This document shows, in pieces, positions 7,915 to 17,388 of a stretch of DNA of 64,000 bases. A program made the translations under genes and the position numbers. Source of the stretch: a virus. Each line of letters opens with the position of its first letter. Positions within the stretch are counted from its first letter, which is position 1. Location of the stretch: IMG/VR virus record IMGVR_UViG_3300046819_000377, positions 3,802-67,801 of that record; one strand, 5' to 3'. Below the pieces are notes generated by a model. That model did no database searches, had not been told where the DNA came from, and saw only the letters and a list, made by a program, of their open reading frames with translations.

Positions 7915-8105
7915 TGAAAGTATGGGCAGTATTAATAAAAACCGATTCATGCGATGAATATAATTATGTTTATGATTATAAACCAACTCGTGCTGAAGTA
8001 ATTGAGCGAGTTTGGCAAGATGAAGGTGAAATTGAATCACTGGATTGGTACCTAGAAACAACTAATGTGTCTATTAGTGAAACAGAAATTGGAGTTGAAG
8101 TATGA
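7914..8105 (+). CDS. hypothetical protein (63 aa)
   Basis: TAATGA overlap. Confidence 0.5.
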   Translation: MKVWAVLIKTDSCDEYNYVYDYKPTRAEVIERVWQDEGEIESLDWYLETTNVSISETEIGVEV

Positions 8106-8320
8106 ACGAAGAATTAATTAAAAACCTGGTAGATGATTGTTATTCCGCTGATGGAGAATTTGATACTATTAAATTTGCTGATACTATTATCACAAAATGT
8201 ATAGTGTTATGCCACAGTAATACACAAACGCATAAATCACCACTTAACACCCATAATCTCGCTGTTTTTGATTGTGCTATGACTATTAGTCAACACTTTG
8301 GATATGACGAGGCGGCATAA
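8102..8320 (+). CDS. hypothetical protein, H-family-like C-terminus (..HFGYDEAA)
   Basis: ATGA overlap. Starts MNEELIKNL like H-family members. Confidence 0.5.
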   Translation: MNEELIKNLVDDCYSADGEFDTIKFADTIITKCIVLCHSNTQTHKSPLNTHNLAVFDCAMTISQHFGYDEAA

Positions 8321-8484
8321 TGAGAATTTTATTAGAACAAGAAACCAAGCTATGGCGCAATCTCAGGAAGGCGCACCGCAGACGGGAAAATAACGGTATG
8401 TCAACCGAAACATTTGACATGTTGGCATTATATTCTGTGTGGTGGAGAGATACACCAGCAGTACAATTTATTAAAGGGTTGTAA
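8320..8484 (+). CDS. small basic protein (54 aa)
   Basis: TAATGA overlap. MRILLEQETKLWRNLRKAHRRREN... Not in the ORF track (below 60 aa). Confidence 0.35.
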   Translation: MRILLEQETKLWRNLRKAHRRRENNGMSTETFDMLALYSVWWRDTPAVQFIKGL

Positions 8485-8487
8485 ACA

Positions 8488-8973
8488 ATGAAAATTTTAA
8501 TTAAACCGTTTATTTGGTTTGCAGTATGGTTCCTAATCTTTGAAGAATGGTTATGGGATACACTAAAATCATATGGTGCGGCATTAGCTAAAGCCCTACG
8601 CCTACAACGTGTAGAATGGTGGCTTGCCAATACTTCACCAACTGTAGCTTTGATCTCATTAGCTATTCCATCATTAATCATTACACCGTTTAACTTGTAT
8701 GCATTATTCATGATTGCACATGGCATGGTTATTCAAGGCATTATCCTTGAGGTTGTGGCTAAACTAGTTGGTACATTATTGTTATCTAGGATCTTTGCAT
8801 TAACCAAAACACAACTATTGACATTTGGTTGGTTCAATTATTGCTATACTAAAATCATGTTGACGTTAGACTGGGCACATGCTAAAATTAAGGCCACTAA
8901 CACATACAAGGTAGCAGTTGAATTTAAGCAAACTGTTAAGCAACGAGTTAAACAACTATGGGCAACAATATGA
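8488..8973 (+). CDS. membrane protein (161 aa, several TM helices)
   Basis: Hydrophobic segments FIWFAVWFLIF, ALISLAIPSLIITPF. Confidence 0.55.
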   Translation: MKILIKPFIWFAVWFLIFEEWLWDTLKSYGAALAKALRLQRVEWWLANTSPTVALISLAIPSLIITPFNLYALFMIAHGMVIQGIILEVVAKLVGTLLLSRIFALTKTQLLTFGWFNYCYTKIMLTLDWAHAKIKATNTYKVAVEFKQTVKQRVKQLWATI

Positions 8974-9206
8974 ACGAGAGAATAAGAGAACTTGCTGAAC
9001 AGGCTAACATACCAAAGTATAACTTGGAATATGGAACCGAATTATGTATTGCACCTCATCTTGAAAAATTTGCCGAGTCGATTATTAAAGAAACTATCAA
9101 AATCATTCAAGCAACTGCTGCAGAATCTGTAGACTTGGATAGAACTTTAGTAGAAAATGTATCATGGACCGTAAATGATATCAAGAAACATTTTGGTGTA
9201 GAATAA
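8970..9206 (+). CDS. H-family small protein (MNERIRE.. LEKFAESIIKE .. HFGVE*)
   Basis: ATGA overlap. First member of a tandem array of about 13 genes. Confidence 0.6.
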   Translation: MNERIRELAEQANIPKYNLEYGTELCIAPHLEKFAESIIKETIKIIQATAAESVDLDRTLVENVSWTVNDIKKHFGVE

Positions 9207-9496
9207 TGAACGAAAAAATTAAAGAAATCATGTATAAAGTTGATGATATCAACATTTTAAATGAGGTTGGTACTGATGCTGATTTTTTAGCAGATATTGA
9301 CCCACAGCGCCTAGAAAAATTTGCTGAGTTGATTATTAAGGAATGCATCGAACAGATAGAAACATGTTTTGCCGGTGGTTCAGTATCAATGGACGATAAA
9401 CCAATATGGGGACCTTCGGTTGATACTTTTAAAGCTTGGAATTGTGGCTTAAAATGCAGCAGAAAACATATCAGCGAAGTGTTTGGAGTAAAATAA
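9206..9496 (+). CDS. H-family small protein (MNEKIKEI..LEKFAELIIKECI..VFGVK*)
   Basis: TAATG junction. Confidence 0.6.
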   Translation: MNEKIKEIMYKVDDINILNEVGTDADFLADIDPQRLEKFAELIIKECIEQIETCFAGGSVSMDDKPIWGPSVDTFKAWNCGLKCSRKHISEVFGVK

Positions 9497-9705
9497 TGAA
9501 CGAACAACTAAAACCCTTTATGGCTGGATTTTCGTTGTCTGGTGAAAGACAACGAAATGGAAAGATCAGACCGCACGTTTATCATGATAAAAATGTATTA
9601 GAAATCGATGAATGGCCTAAAACTATCGAATTGTTCAACAATACATACGGACTTGAAGAAGTGGTTTCAGGAGTCGATGGTTATGAATGTGCCAATTATT
9701 GTTAG
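9496..9705 (+). CDS. H-family-related small protein (MNEQLKPF..)
   Basis: TAATGA junction. Cys pair at C-terminus. Confidence 0.5.
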   Translation: MNEQLKPFMAGFSLSGERQRNGKIRPHVYHDKNVLEIDEWPKTIELFNNTYGLEEVVSGVDGYECANYC

Positions 9706-9715
9706 GAGTTGAAGA

Positions 9716-9937
9716 ATGATTTTCCATAATAGTAATCCTAATTTATTTGTTGTATTTGAAGCAAAACTATTGCGAAAGATTCCTGGTAGTGGAGTAAAAG
9801 TGGGTGACACTATCTATGCATCATTGATGCCAGATAATTATTACTACTTGAGTAAGAGTGGTACTGTTGGCAGTCGCATTCTAGGTAGAGTGTTTGAAAC
9901 CGAAGCAGTCGAAAATGTTGATTTTGTGAGAGTATGA
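9716..9937 (+). CDS. hypothetical protein (73 aa)
   Basis: SD taggag upstream. Interrupts the H array. Confidence 0.5.
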   Translation: MIFHNSNPNLFVVFEAKLLRKIPGSGVKVGDTIYASLMPDNYYYLSKSGTVGSRILGRVFETEAVENVDFVRV

Positions 9938-10164
9938 TGAACGAGAAAATTAAAGAATTATTTGAACAAGCTTATGGTGGGGAATGGCCAACTGACATTA
10001 CAAACATTGCGCCATCAGAATTAGAACGATTTGCCAAGTTGATTGTTAATGAATGTGTTCAAATTTGTAGAGATATTATTATGTGCGAGGAAACCGATCT
10101 CGATTATAATGATGCCGTAATCGATTGTGCTGTGATGATCGAACGACATTTTGGAGTAAAATAA
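9934..10164 (+). CDS. H-family small protein (MMNEKIKELF..LERFAKLIVNEC..HFGVK*)
   Basis: ATGATGA overlap. Confidence 0.6.
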   Translation: MMNEKIKELFEQAYGGEWPTDITNIAPSELERFAKLIVNECVQICRDIIMCEETDLDYNDAVIDCAVMIERHFGVK

Positions 10165-10358
10165 TGAACGAGAAGATTAAAGAAATTTATAACAGAGCAT
10201 TTACGGAATACTTCGGTGAAGAATATAAAGATTGCGAGTTAGATATTCTCCCCGAGGATCAATATTTTGCAGAATTGCTTATTCGAGAATGTGCCAATTA
10301 TGCGTTTTCAGATGATCAAGAACGTAATACGATGTTAAGTCATTTTGGAGTAGAATAA
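10164..10358 (+). CDS. H-family small protein (MNEKIKEIY..HFGVE*)
   Basis: TAATGAACGAGAAGATTAAAGAA junction. Confidence 0.6.
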   Translation: MNEKIKEIYNRAFTEYFGEEYKDCELDILPEDQYFAELLIRECANYAFSDDQERNTMLSHFGVE

Positions 10359-10603
10359 TGCGTAATACCATAGAAGAACTACGAATACAAGCCGGTATTA
10401 ACAAAACTATTGTACAAGATTTCCAAAATAGCAATACTGAAATGATTACATATTCTGCGGATACACAAGCTCTTACTACCTTAATTAATTTGGTGGTAGA
10501 AAAAACTTTAGGTCATGTAGAATTTTTAGTTGACATTCAACCAGACTTCAGTATAATCCGAAAAGAAGTTGCACATGCTTTTGATTTTAATGGAGAAGAA
10601 TAA
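10358..10603 (+). CDS. H-family-related small protein
   Basis: TAATG junction. Confidence 0.5.
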   Translation: MRNTIEELRIQAGINKTIVQDFQNSNTEMITYSADTQALTTLINLVVEKTLGHVEFLVDIQPDFSIIRKEVAHAFDFNGEE

Positions 10604-10908
10604 TGAATAATAAACTGGATATATTTTTAGGTATTTTAGGTATTGGTATTTTGTTTGGTATGTGGTATATTACTAGTGATGGGTTTTCATATTCTCGATT
10701 ATCTAATAAAAATATCGAAACTGCTCAATTGTTATATCAATCAAATGAATTTGACGAAGCATGTCTATATGCTAGGGTTGCGTTAACAGAAGCAGCAGAA
10801 TCTCATAATGCTGAACTTTTAAATACTATTAAATTGGAAAGAGACCGTATTTGTGGTAAAAAAGATGAACTAGATCAAGCAGCCAAACATAAGATTGGAA
10901 TAGAATAA
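10603..10908 (+). CDS. H-family-related protein with N-terminal TM helix (ends KIGIE*)
   Basis: TAATGA junction. LGILGIGILFGMWYI helix. Confidence 0.5.
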   Translation: MNNKLDIFLGILGIGILFGMWYITSDGFSYSRLSNKNIETAQLLYQSNEFDEACLYARVALTEAAESHNAELLNTIKLERDRICGKKDELDQAAKHKIGIE

Positions 10909-11090
10909 TGAATAATAGAATTGAAGAATTAAAAAAACAAGCTATGTATACCGTGTATTCTCATGGTGCATTTGGTGAGCCAGAAAACTACGAACGATTG
11001 GATGTAAATAAATTTGCTGAGTTAATTATTAAAGAATGTTCTGTTATTACTAACAAAACTGATCTTTTAAAACATTTTGGTATTGAATAA
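10908..11090 (+). CDS. H-family small protein (..FAELIIKECS..HFGIE*)
   Basis: TAATGA junction. Confidence 0.6.
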   Translation: MNNRIEELKKQAMYTVYSHGAFGEPENYERLDVNKFAELIIKECSVITNKTDLLKHFGIE

Positions 11091-11091
11091 T

Positions 11092-11391
11092 ATGAACGAA
11101 AAGATTAAACAACTGTATAACCAAGCGATTAATGAAGCATCGGAAGAGATGCGAGAATGGCATACGCAATGGAATAACAAGCCACCATTGTTTGATTATG
11201 AGAAATGTTTATATGGCAAGTTCGGTGAATTGCTTATTAAAGAAGCAGAATCCAAGTATTTTAGTGAAGGCTATCTTGCCGGTAAAACTGATGGCATTAA
11301 TGAAGGTATAAAAGATTGTATCAGCCATTTTGAAGAACATGGTGATATGGTTAGTGCAGGTAATCTACAATCGCATTTTGGTATTGAATAA
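11092..11391 (+). CDS. H-family small protein (MNEKIKQLY..HFGIE*)
   Basis: Junction GAATAATATGAACGAAAAG. Confidence 0.6.
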   Translation: MNEKIKQLYNQAINEASEEMREWHTQWNNKPPLFDYEKCLYGKFGELLIKEAESKYFSEGYLAGKTDGINEGIKDCISHFEEHGDMVSAGNLQSHFGIE

Positions 11392-11621
11392 TGAACTATA
11401 GTATTGCGAAAGACTTGAATATTATTGCGCGAGCAAATGCTAGTGCTATAATAGCCGAAGCTCATAAAAATGGTCAATCGATTAATGTTGAAGCGGTTAA
11501 AATTCATGAATTTGCCGAAATTATTATTTTGGAATGCATCAATGTAATTTCAAGCCATAGTGATCCGTTTGCTCAAAATTCATACATTAAAGTACTCAAA
11601 GAACATTTTGGTATTGAATAA
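11391..11621 (+). CDS. H-family small protein (..FAEIIILECI..HFGIE*)
   Basis: TAATGA junction. Confidence 0.6.
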   Translation: MNYSIAKDLNIIARANASAIIAEAHKNGQSINVEAVKIHEFAEIIILECINVISSHSDPFAQNSYIKVLKEHFGIE

Positions 11622-11638
11622 TAAATGATCTGGTTGTC

Positions 11639-11998
11639 ATGTTAAATGCAAATTCGCAATATCAAGAATTCTTAAAAAGAAATCCAAAACCAAGCGTTGA
11701 ATCCGCAATACAAGAGTTAGAATCAATACTTAAATGGCGGTTTAAAGAACATTTGATTTTTGGTTATACTGAAACCCCGTATATTAACTATAATGGTTGT
11801 GATTATCATGTCAATAGACATTTGAGATCGGATTTAAATGGGATTGTTAGTTCTATAATTAAAGCTGATAAGAAAATAGTCATTTATAAGTTAACACCAA
11901 TAATTTTTATCGAACCGTCAACCGTTACAGATATAACTTCGATTGCAGATGCACGGGCAATCCATACTTTTCATCTACACTACTTGGAAATAGAATAA
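11639..11998 (+). CDS. hypothetical protein (119 aa, ends ..LHYLEIE*)
   Basis: ORF track. C-terminus loosely like H family. Confidence 0.5.
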   Translation: MLNANSQYQEFLKRNPKPSVESAIQELESILKWRFKEHLIFGYTETPYINYNGCDYHVNRHLRSDLNGIVSSIIKADKKIVIYKLTPIIFIEPSTVTDITSIADARAIHTFHLHYLEIE

Positions 11999-12219
11999 TG
12001 GGGTTGATTACACCACAAGAATACCATATAATGCAAGAGAAGCACAAACAGTTAGTCAATGTGATCGAGTATATTGACCTTGAAGCAAAACACGAACAAA
12101 AGAATTTAACACATGATATTGGTATCAGTGATTACTATAAGAAAGCATTAGTACCACTATTGAACGAACAAGCCGGATTACAAGCTAGAATTAAACGATA
12201 CGAGATAATAGGAAAATGA
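11998..12219 (+). CDS. hypothetical protein (73 aa)
   Basis: TAATG junction. Confidence 0.5.
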   Translation: MGLITPQEYHIMQEKHKQLVNVIEYIDLEAKHEQKNLTHDIGISDYYKKALVPLLNEQAGLQARIKRYEIIGK

Positions 12220-12220
12220 C

Positions 12221-12418
12221 ATGAAATGGTGGGATAAATTTAACTATTGGATAGATCCAATGTTCGGAATTCATATCTTTTGGATTTTTCCTGTGTTCTG
12301 GATAGCAGCATTGATTGAATTTTTGGGCGATAAGCTGTATAATGCATTCAAACGTGTAAAGAACTTGTTTCAAAAACGTGATATCAAAGACCTTAAAAAA
12401 CTTTCAGGAATAAAATAA
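12221..12418 (+). CDS. small membrane protein (65 aa)
   Basis: IHIFWIFPVFWIAALIEFL hydrophobic core. Confidence 0.5.
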   Translation: MKWWDKFNYWIDPMFGIHIFWIFPVFWIAALIEFLGDKLYNAFKRVKNLFQKRDIKDLKKLSGIK

Positions 12419-12645
12419 TGACTTCAATCAATTGGAACCAAGCATCAGATTTAGGTCTGATAGAACGAATAAACTCCGAAATTTTACATCCATTGGGGTT
12501 GGCTATGACCCGTGATCCTGATACTGGAATCAGTGATCGATTATTAGTATCGGATGACGGTGCATGGGAATATGGACCAGATAGAGTTTCTAAAATCCTA
12601 ACCGATGAAGAAGTCAGAAATCGATTAGCGGAGATATTAAAATGA
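12418..12645 (+). CDS. hypothetical protein (75 aa)
   Basis: TAATGA junction. Confidence 0.5.
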   Translation: MTSINWNQASDLGLIERINSEILHPLGLAMTRDPDTGISDRLLVSDDGAWEYGPDRVSKILTDEEVRNRLAEILK

Positions 12646-12836
12646 TGAATGAATTAACACCATATGAAATCACTGTTAAAATCCAAGTATCAATCGATAA
12701 GGGTGAACACCAAGCCCAACTCGATGAAGCTATGTTGATTGCTCAACACTATGCAGATATGGCTATTAAATATAAATCTATCGGAGCAGATAAGATACTT
12801 GAAGTTAAAGCGGAACCAACCTTGATCAATACTTGA
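12642..12836 (+). CDS. hypothetical protein (64 aa)
   Basis: ATGATGA overlap. Confidence 0.5.
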   Translation: MMNELTPYEITVKIQVSIDKGEHQAQLDEAMLIAQHYADMAIKYKSIGADKILEVKAEPTLINT

Positions 12837-12839
12837 AGA

Positions 12840-13157
12840 ATGAACGATTCATCTGATATACACAAAACAATGCTAGAATATTGCGAAGCAAGTCGCAATG
12901 TATTTGCTAAAAGACTTACAGATGCTGAAACACTGGACTTTCAAGGCGGTGTAATGGCTGGACCAACAAAAGAGACAATTATGATGGCTAAAAAAATTGA
13001 CACACATTTAGAAGAAAAACTTTTCAAACATCTCAATAAACTGAGAAAGAAAATCGATTGGATCGGTGATAAAGAACTTCGTCAAAAACTAGACGACCAT
13101 GCTACCGCAATTCATAACATTATTAAGGAAAATACTGAAAATGAAAATTCAAACTAA
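12840..13157 (+). CDS. hypothetical protein (105 aa)
   Basis: ORF track. Confidence 0.5.
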   Translation: MNDSSDIHKTMLEYCEASRNVFAKRLTDAETLDFQGGVMAGPTKETIMMAKKIDTHLEEKLFKHLNKLRKKIDWIGDKELRQKLDDHATAIHNIIKENTENENSN

Positions 13158-13174
13158 ATCTAACAGGGTTTGGC

Positions 13175-13537
13175 ATGGCATTAAGTGATTGCAACCATTG
13201 TTGGGAAACACCTTGTTCTTGTGGTTATGAATACAAATCATGGCCATTAGACAAAAAGTTGAAACTAGCAGCCGCTATTTTAGACGTAACACCAGAAAAA
13301 TTAAAGAATACAATATTACCTGCAGTTAAATCAGCTGATGGGGTTTCTGGATCATTATGTCGTGGAATTGGTGGCACCTATTTCTTTCGAGTATATCATG
13401 ACCATGAAAAGTTTACCGATTATGAATTACTCCATAGTGATTTAAATATCACAATCGAAGACTCGGATGCATTCTTCTATTCAACTAATGATTCTGCAGT
13501 ATTAGATCATTCACCAGAAACACTTGGCAAAAAATAA
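13175..13537 (+). CDS. hypothetical protein with N-terminal Cys cluster (CNHCWETPCSC)
   Basis: ORF track. Possible zinc-binding motif. Confidence 0.5.
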   Translation: MALSDCNHCWETPCSCGYEYKSWPLDKKLKLAAAILDVTPEKLKNTILPAVKSADGVSGSLCRGIGGTYFFRVYHDHEKFTDYELLHSDLNITIEDSDAFFYSTNDSAVLDHSPETLGKK

Positions 13538-13544
13538 CTTGACT

Positions 13545-13736
13545 ATGATTACAACAGCATTTATCCTACTTCTCGTTCTTGTAGGCATATTACTTGTATG
13601 CATACTAGCATTGTTATTTGGACTATCAGTTCAAGGTAACATTATCCGTGGCCTTACCGCAGTTGATGCGTGGCGTGAATTATATACTGATGCAAAAGCA
13701 ATTTTTGGGAAAATAAAACAATGGCGAAAGAAGTAA
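13545..13736 (+). CDS. small membrane protein (one TM)
   Basis: MITTAFILLLVLVGILLVCILALLFGL. Confidence 0.45.
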   Translation: MITTAFILLLVLVGILLVCILALLFGLSVQGNIIRGLTAVDAWRELYTDAKAIFGKIKQWRKK

Positions 13737-13753
13737 TTATTTGGGGTGGATTT

Positions 13754-13894
13754 ATGATCCTGTGGTTTGGGTTTCTAATCGGTGGCACAATGGCAGGTAT
13801 GTTTGCACAACGAAATCTTCAAAAAGGCCAATCTTTTTTAGAAGCATGGGGGAATGCCCTACGTGATTTACTATGGAGTAAATCAAATGATTAA
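13754..13894 (+). CDS. small membrane peptide (46 aa)
   Basis: MILWFGFLIGGTMAGMF... Overlaps the next gene start by 8 nt. Not in the ORF track. Confidence 0.3.
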   Translation: MILWFGFLIGGTMAGMFAQRNLQKGQSFLEAWGNALRDLLWSKSND

Positions 13895-14315
13895 ATTTGA
13901 ATTTATCCTAGATGATAACGAAGCAGAAACGCTGATGTTAATAATGCAACAAAGTATTGCAAATGATAACACGTTGATTTTAGATATGATGGCCCAACTT
14001 CGGGCCGGTGATCACAAAGAAGCTTCTATCAAGTGTATACGAGAGCATATCGAATACACTAAATCAATCATGGAGAAAATGCATAATACAAGAATTAATG
14101 CGCCTCATTGGAATATGTTAGGAAATATCGAAACACATTTTGGCGAATTGGTTAAAGTTGTGGACATGACCTTGCACGGGGAAATGATTTGTTATAAATG
14201 TGAACCCCTAGATTCTACATACTCGAAACCAGCTTACGGTTATCGAAAATTATTACCAGCAGAGTTAAAGGAATTTAAAGAATGGTTAAAGGACAATAAT
14301 GAAGATAAACACTAA
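13887..14315 (+). CDS. hypothetical protein (142 aa)
   Basis: Internal ATG (MIKFEF) of ORF 13854..14315. Confidence 0.55.
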   Translation: MIKFEFILDDNEAETLMLIMQQSIANDNTLILDMMAQLRAGDHKEASIKCIREHIEYTKSIMEKMHNTRINAPHWNMLGNIETHFGELVKVVDMTLHGEMICYKCEPLDSTYSKPAYGYRKLLPAELKEFKEWLKDNNEDKH

Positions 14316-14384
14316 CACCTCCAAGCCAAGACATATCAAGAATGGGTTGATAAGGTTGAGAATAGTTCAGAACCTGAGTTTCAT

Positions 14385-14510
14385 ATGGTTATGGTGTTCA
14401 GAAACAATATTCCAACCGTAGAACGATATGTAGGTAAACTAGTGCTGAATGCTATTAAAGCATATCAATTTAGATATATTAATGGATACATACCGTCTTT
14501 TACTGCTTGA
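14385..14510 (+). CDS. possible small ORF (41 aa), in frame with and 69 nt downstream of the 14315 stop
   Basis: ATG 14385 to TGA 14508-14510. Could instead be a read-through extension of the upstream gene. Confidence 0.2.
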   Translation: MVMVFRNNIPTVERYVGKLVLNAIKAYQFRYINGYIPSFTA

Positions 14511-14534
14511 CAATGTATTTTTAGTTGCTATAAT
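14507..14534 (+). promoter_or_regulatory. sigma70-like promoter TTGACA-N16-TATAAT + ACACACAGCGAGACATGACATG leader
   Basis: TTGACA 14507-14512, TATAAT 14529-14534. Confidence 0.6.
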
Positions 14535-14566
14535 AAGCACATCTTAAACACACAGCGAGACATGAC

Positions 14567-14857
14567 ATGAAAGACTATTCTAATTATTGCGGTACTGTTA
14601 CTACTGAAACTATCGAAGAAGCTGTTGCTTATTGTAATCAAAAATTTCCCATGCAGGAAGTTCGGTTAGCTGATGACGAAGATTTTGGACAGATATTAGT
14701 ACAGTCTGCTGAAAACCTTTCAGGCGTTACAATAACAGTATTTGATACAATGTTACATAAACAGGTAACCATTTGTGTGGATAGAGATTTGTATTACAAA
14801 TTTTTAGCAAGATCAAAAGAAGTATTGAAAAAATCAAGAAAAAAGGAAATGGTGTAA
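14567..14857 (+). CDS. hypothetical protein (96 aa)
   Basis: ORF track. Promoter upstream. Confidence 0.55.
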   Translation: MKDYSNYCGTVTTETIEEAVAYCNQKFPMQEVRLADDEDFGQILVQSAENLSGVTITVFDTMLHKQVTICVDRDLYYKFLARSKEVLKKSRKKEMV

Positions 14858-14859
14858 TT

Positions 14860-14940
14860 ATGTTTTGGCTTTCATTTTTATTTGCAACAATCATCGTTGC
14901 ATCCATTAGTTATCAAATTGAAAAAAGAGTAAAAAAATGA
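14860..14940 (+). CDS. small hydrophobic peptide (26 aa), translationally coupled to AAA ATPase
   Basis: MFWLSFLFATIIVASISYQIEKRVKK. Its TGA overlaps ATG 14937 (ATGA). SD aaggaaatgg. Confidence 0.3.
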   Translation: MFWLSFLFATIIVASISYQIEKRVKK

Positions 14941-16268
14941 CATATATTCAAGAATTAATTGCCTATATCAATTCAATGACATCAGGTAACCAAATGGTTG
15001 CTGCTGCAATAAGTGCATGGATGTTGGCAGTTTTATCGTACATGCTTAAGAATATTCCTCGGACTATTATTAACTTTTTGTATAAGCAGGGTACAACTTC
15101 ATTAGAATTAGATAATGCTGGTGCTAATTTTCATTTATATTTTTCGTTCCTGGCATGGTCAGGTAAACATATGAATGAACATACCTCAAGAACAATGTTT
15201 GTACAGTCTCATAACTGGGATGCCACATCATTAGCAATCGGTCCTAGTTACGGTAATCATTTTTTCTTTTTCAAAAAACGGTTATATTGGATGACCATGA
15301 CTAAAATTGAAAATACAGGCGAAACGATTAGAAAACAAATCAAGATCACCACTTATGGACGTAGCCACAATGTATTTCATGCTTTGATTGATGAATTCAA
15401 ACCAGTAAACAAAACAACCGATACAATTTACATTCATAACTGGGATGGCAAAGGTTGGGAAAATCGTGTTGAACTTCACAAACGCCCATTATCATCAGTT
15501 GTACTGAACAAAACAGTTAAAAATAACGTAACCGCTGCAATAGAAAAATTTTATGCTGATAAACAATGGTATACTGAAAATGGTATCCCATATAAACTGG
15601 GTATCCTGTTACATGGTAACCCAGGCTGTGGTAAAACTAGTCTGGTAAAAGCATTGGCTAGTCATTACAATAGATCTATCTACGTTATTAATATCAATGC
15701 AATGTCTGATAGAACACTTGAATCAGCTATTTCCAAATCAGAAAAAGGCTCATTTATTTTGATCGAAGATTTTGATTCATCGAAAGCAGTTACCAAAAGA
15801 CAACGGGTTCAGGAATCTGTTGATAAAGCAAATGGTGAAGAAAAATCTGATCCAGGTAAACAACTGATCATCGATAACCCAATGGGTGAGTATGAGATGT
15901 TAAGTTTGACTGGTGTATTAAATGCAATTGATGGTGTTTCTTCTTTACACGAAAATATTATCATCATGACTACCAATGATGTTGACAAAATCGATCCAGC
16001 TGTGTTAAGATCTGGTCGATGTGATGTCAGATTGGAATTACCATACTTAACTGATCCTGAAATTCGTGAATACATCAGTATTAAGTTCCCAGATGCAAAT
16101 TTAGATGATTACACATTTAAAAATATCGCGGGTTGTGATTTACAAGCAACATTGATAGAACACAAAGATAGTAGTGATGGATTTTTATCATCACTAGAGG
16201 TAAAAGGAATTGCAAAGAAAAAGTTTCATTTCATGGAAATTGAAACAAAAATGCTTGACGTAGCTTAA
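14937..16268 (+). CDS. BCS1-like AAA+ ATPase with N-terminal membrane anchor
   Basis: TM helix AAISAWMLAVLSYML. Walker A GILLHGNPGCGKTS, Walker B FILIEDFD, arginine fingers VLRSGRCD. Linker domain typical of the Bcs1 family. Confidence 0.75.
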   Translation: MTYIQELIAYINSMTSGNQMVAAAISAWMLAVLSYMLKNIPRTIINFLYKQGTTSLELDNAGANFHLYFSFLAWSGKHMNEHTSRTMFVQSHNWDATSLAIGPSYGNHFFFFKKRLYWMTMTKIENTGETIRKQIKITTYGRSHNVFHALIDEFKPVNKTTDTIYIHNWDGKGWENRVELHKRPLSSVVLNKTVKNNVTAAIEKFYADKQWYTENGIPYKLGILLHGNPGCGKTSLVKALASHYNRSIYVININAMSDRTLESAISKSEKGSFILIEDFDSSKAVTKRQRVQESVDKANGEEKSDPGKQLIIDNPMGEYEMLSLTGVLNAIDGVSSLHENIIIMTTNDVDKIDPAVLRSGRCDVRLELPYLTDPEIREYISIKFPDANLDDYTFKNIAGCDLQATLIEHKDSSDGFLSSLEVKGIAKKKFHFMEIETKMLDVA

Positions 16269-16282
16269 AAAGCTGATACAAT
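16255..16282 (+). promoter_or_regulatory. sigma70-like promoter TTGACG-N16-TACAAT inside 3' end of AAA gene
   Basis: TTGACG 16255-16260, TACAAT 16277-16282. Leader acacaacaacataagagaa. Confidence 0.45.
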
Positions 16283-16314
16283 ACACATTTTACACAACAA
16301 CATAAGAGAACTTT

Positions 16315-17382
16315 ATGACTTATTATTTGAAATCTGGCAACACATACAAACCAAGTGCAGAAGCATCATTGGATCTTCACTACACACTGCCAGTTGGCAA
16401 TTACATTATCAAAAAAGATCCTTTCGAAAATCTATATTTCGAAAAAATTGACAATTTCGAATTTTCTGGAAAACGCTATGGTGATAACCAGAAGAATACC
16501 GATCGGATTATCGATACCTTTATGGATCGTGAAGTTTCAACTGGCGTAATGTTGACTGGTGAAAAAGGTTCTGGTAAATCATTGTTAGCAAAATGCTTAT
16601 CAATGAAAGCAGCAGAATTAAACATCCCAACTTTAATCATTAACGATCCATGGTGTGGTGACAAATTTAACCGTTTGATCCAAGAAATTCAACAACCTTG
16701 TATCGTGTTATTTGACGAGTTTGAAAAGGTATATGACCGTGATAGCCAGGAATCAATCCTGACATTACTCGACGGCGTGTTCCCAACCAAAAAATTGTTT
16801 GTATTAACTTGTAATGACAAATGGCGCGTTGACCAACATATGCGTAATCGTCCAGGTCGTATTTACTACATGTTGGACTTCAAAGGTTTGAGCATCGAGT
16901 TCATTGAAGAATATTGCAATGATAACTTGAAAAACAAATCACATATCGATAACATTTGCAAAATTTCATCATTATTTGCACAGTTCAACTTCGATATGCT
17001 GAAAGCGCTGGTTGAAGAAATGAATCGTTATGATGAATCACCACAAGAAGCATTGGCTATGTTGAATGCAAAACCTGAGTTCGACGAAGGTAACAAATTC
17101 AATGTTCAATTACAAATCAATGGTGTTACTGTTGATCCAGATGATTACTACAACGGTGACAAATGGAACGGCAATCCATTACATGGCAGATTGCAAGTTG
17201 AATATCGTACCTATAAAGATGATCCAGAAGACGGTGTTTGGGTATATGCGAATTTCACACAAACTGATTTGAAAAACGTCGATGCATCTAACGGCAAGTT
17301 TGTGTTCATGAATGAAAAAAATGAAATCATGACCTTGACCAAAGTGAAAGATTCACATTTCAATTTTCACGACGTATTTTGA
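16315..17382 (+). CDS. second AAA+ ATPase (divergent, soluble)
   Basis: Walker A GEKGSGKS, Walker B IVLFDEFEK, sensor/Arg finger MRNRPGRI. About 120-aa C-terminal extension. Confidence 0.7.
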   Translation: MTYYLKSGNTYKPSAEASLDLHYTLPVGNYIIKKDPFENLYFEKIDNFEFSGKRYGDNQKNTDRIIDTFMDREVSTGVMLTGEKGSGKSLLAKCLSMKAAELNIPTLIINDPWCGDKFNRLIQEIQQPCIVLFDEFEKVYDRDSQESILTLLDGVFPTKKLFVLTCNDKWRVDQHMRNRPGRIYYMLDFKGLSIEFIEEYCNDNLKNKSHIDNICKISSLFAQFNFDMLKALVEEMNRYDESPQEALAMLNAKPEFDEGNKFNVQLQINGVTVDPDDYYNGDKWNGNPLHGRLQVEYRTYKDDPEDGVWVYANFTQTDLKNVDASNGKFVFMNEKNEIMTLTKVKDSHFNFHDVF

Positions 17383-17388
17383 TTAACC

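Noticed and set aside
8286-8726. 146-aa minus-strand ORF
   Set aside because: Antisense to two coupled plus-strand genes in a region transcribed entirely rightward. No RBS.
15282-16075. Minus-strand ORFs 15282-15479 and 15809-16075, and plus-strand 16355-16549, 16476-16664 (minus), 17066-17272 (plus)
   Set aside because: Embedded in the two AAA+ ATPase genes whose Walker motifs define the true frame.
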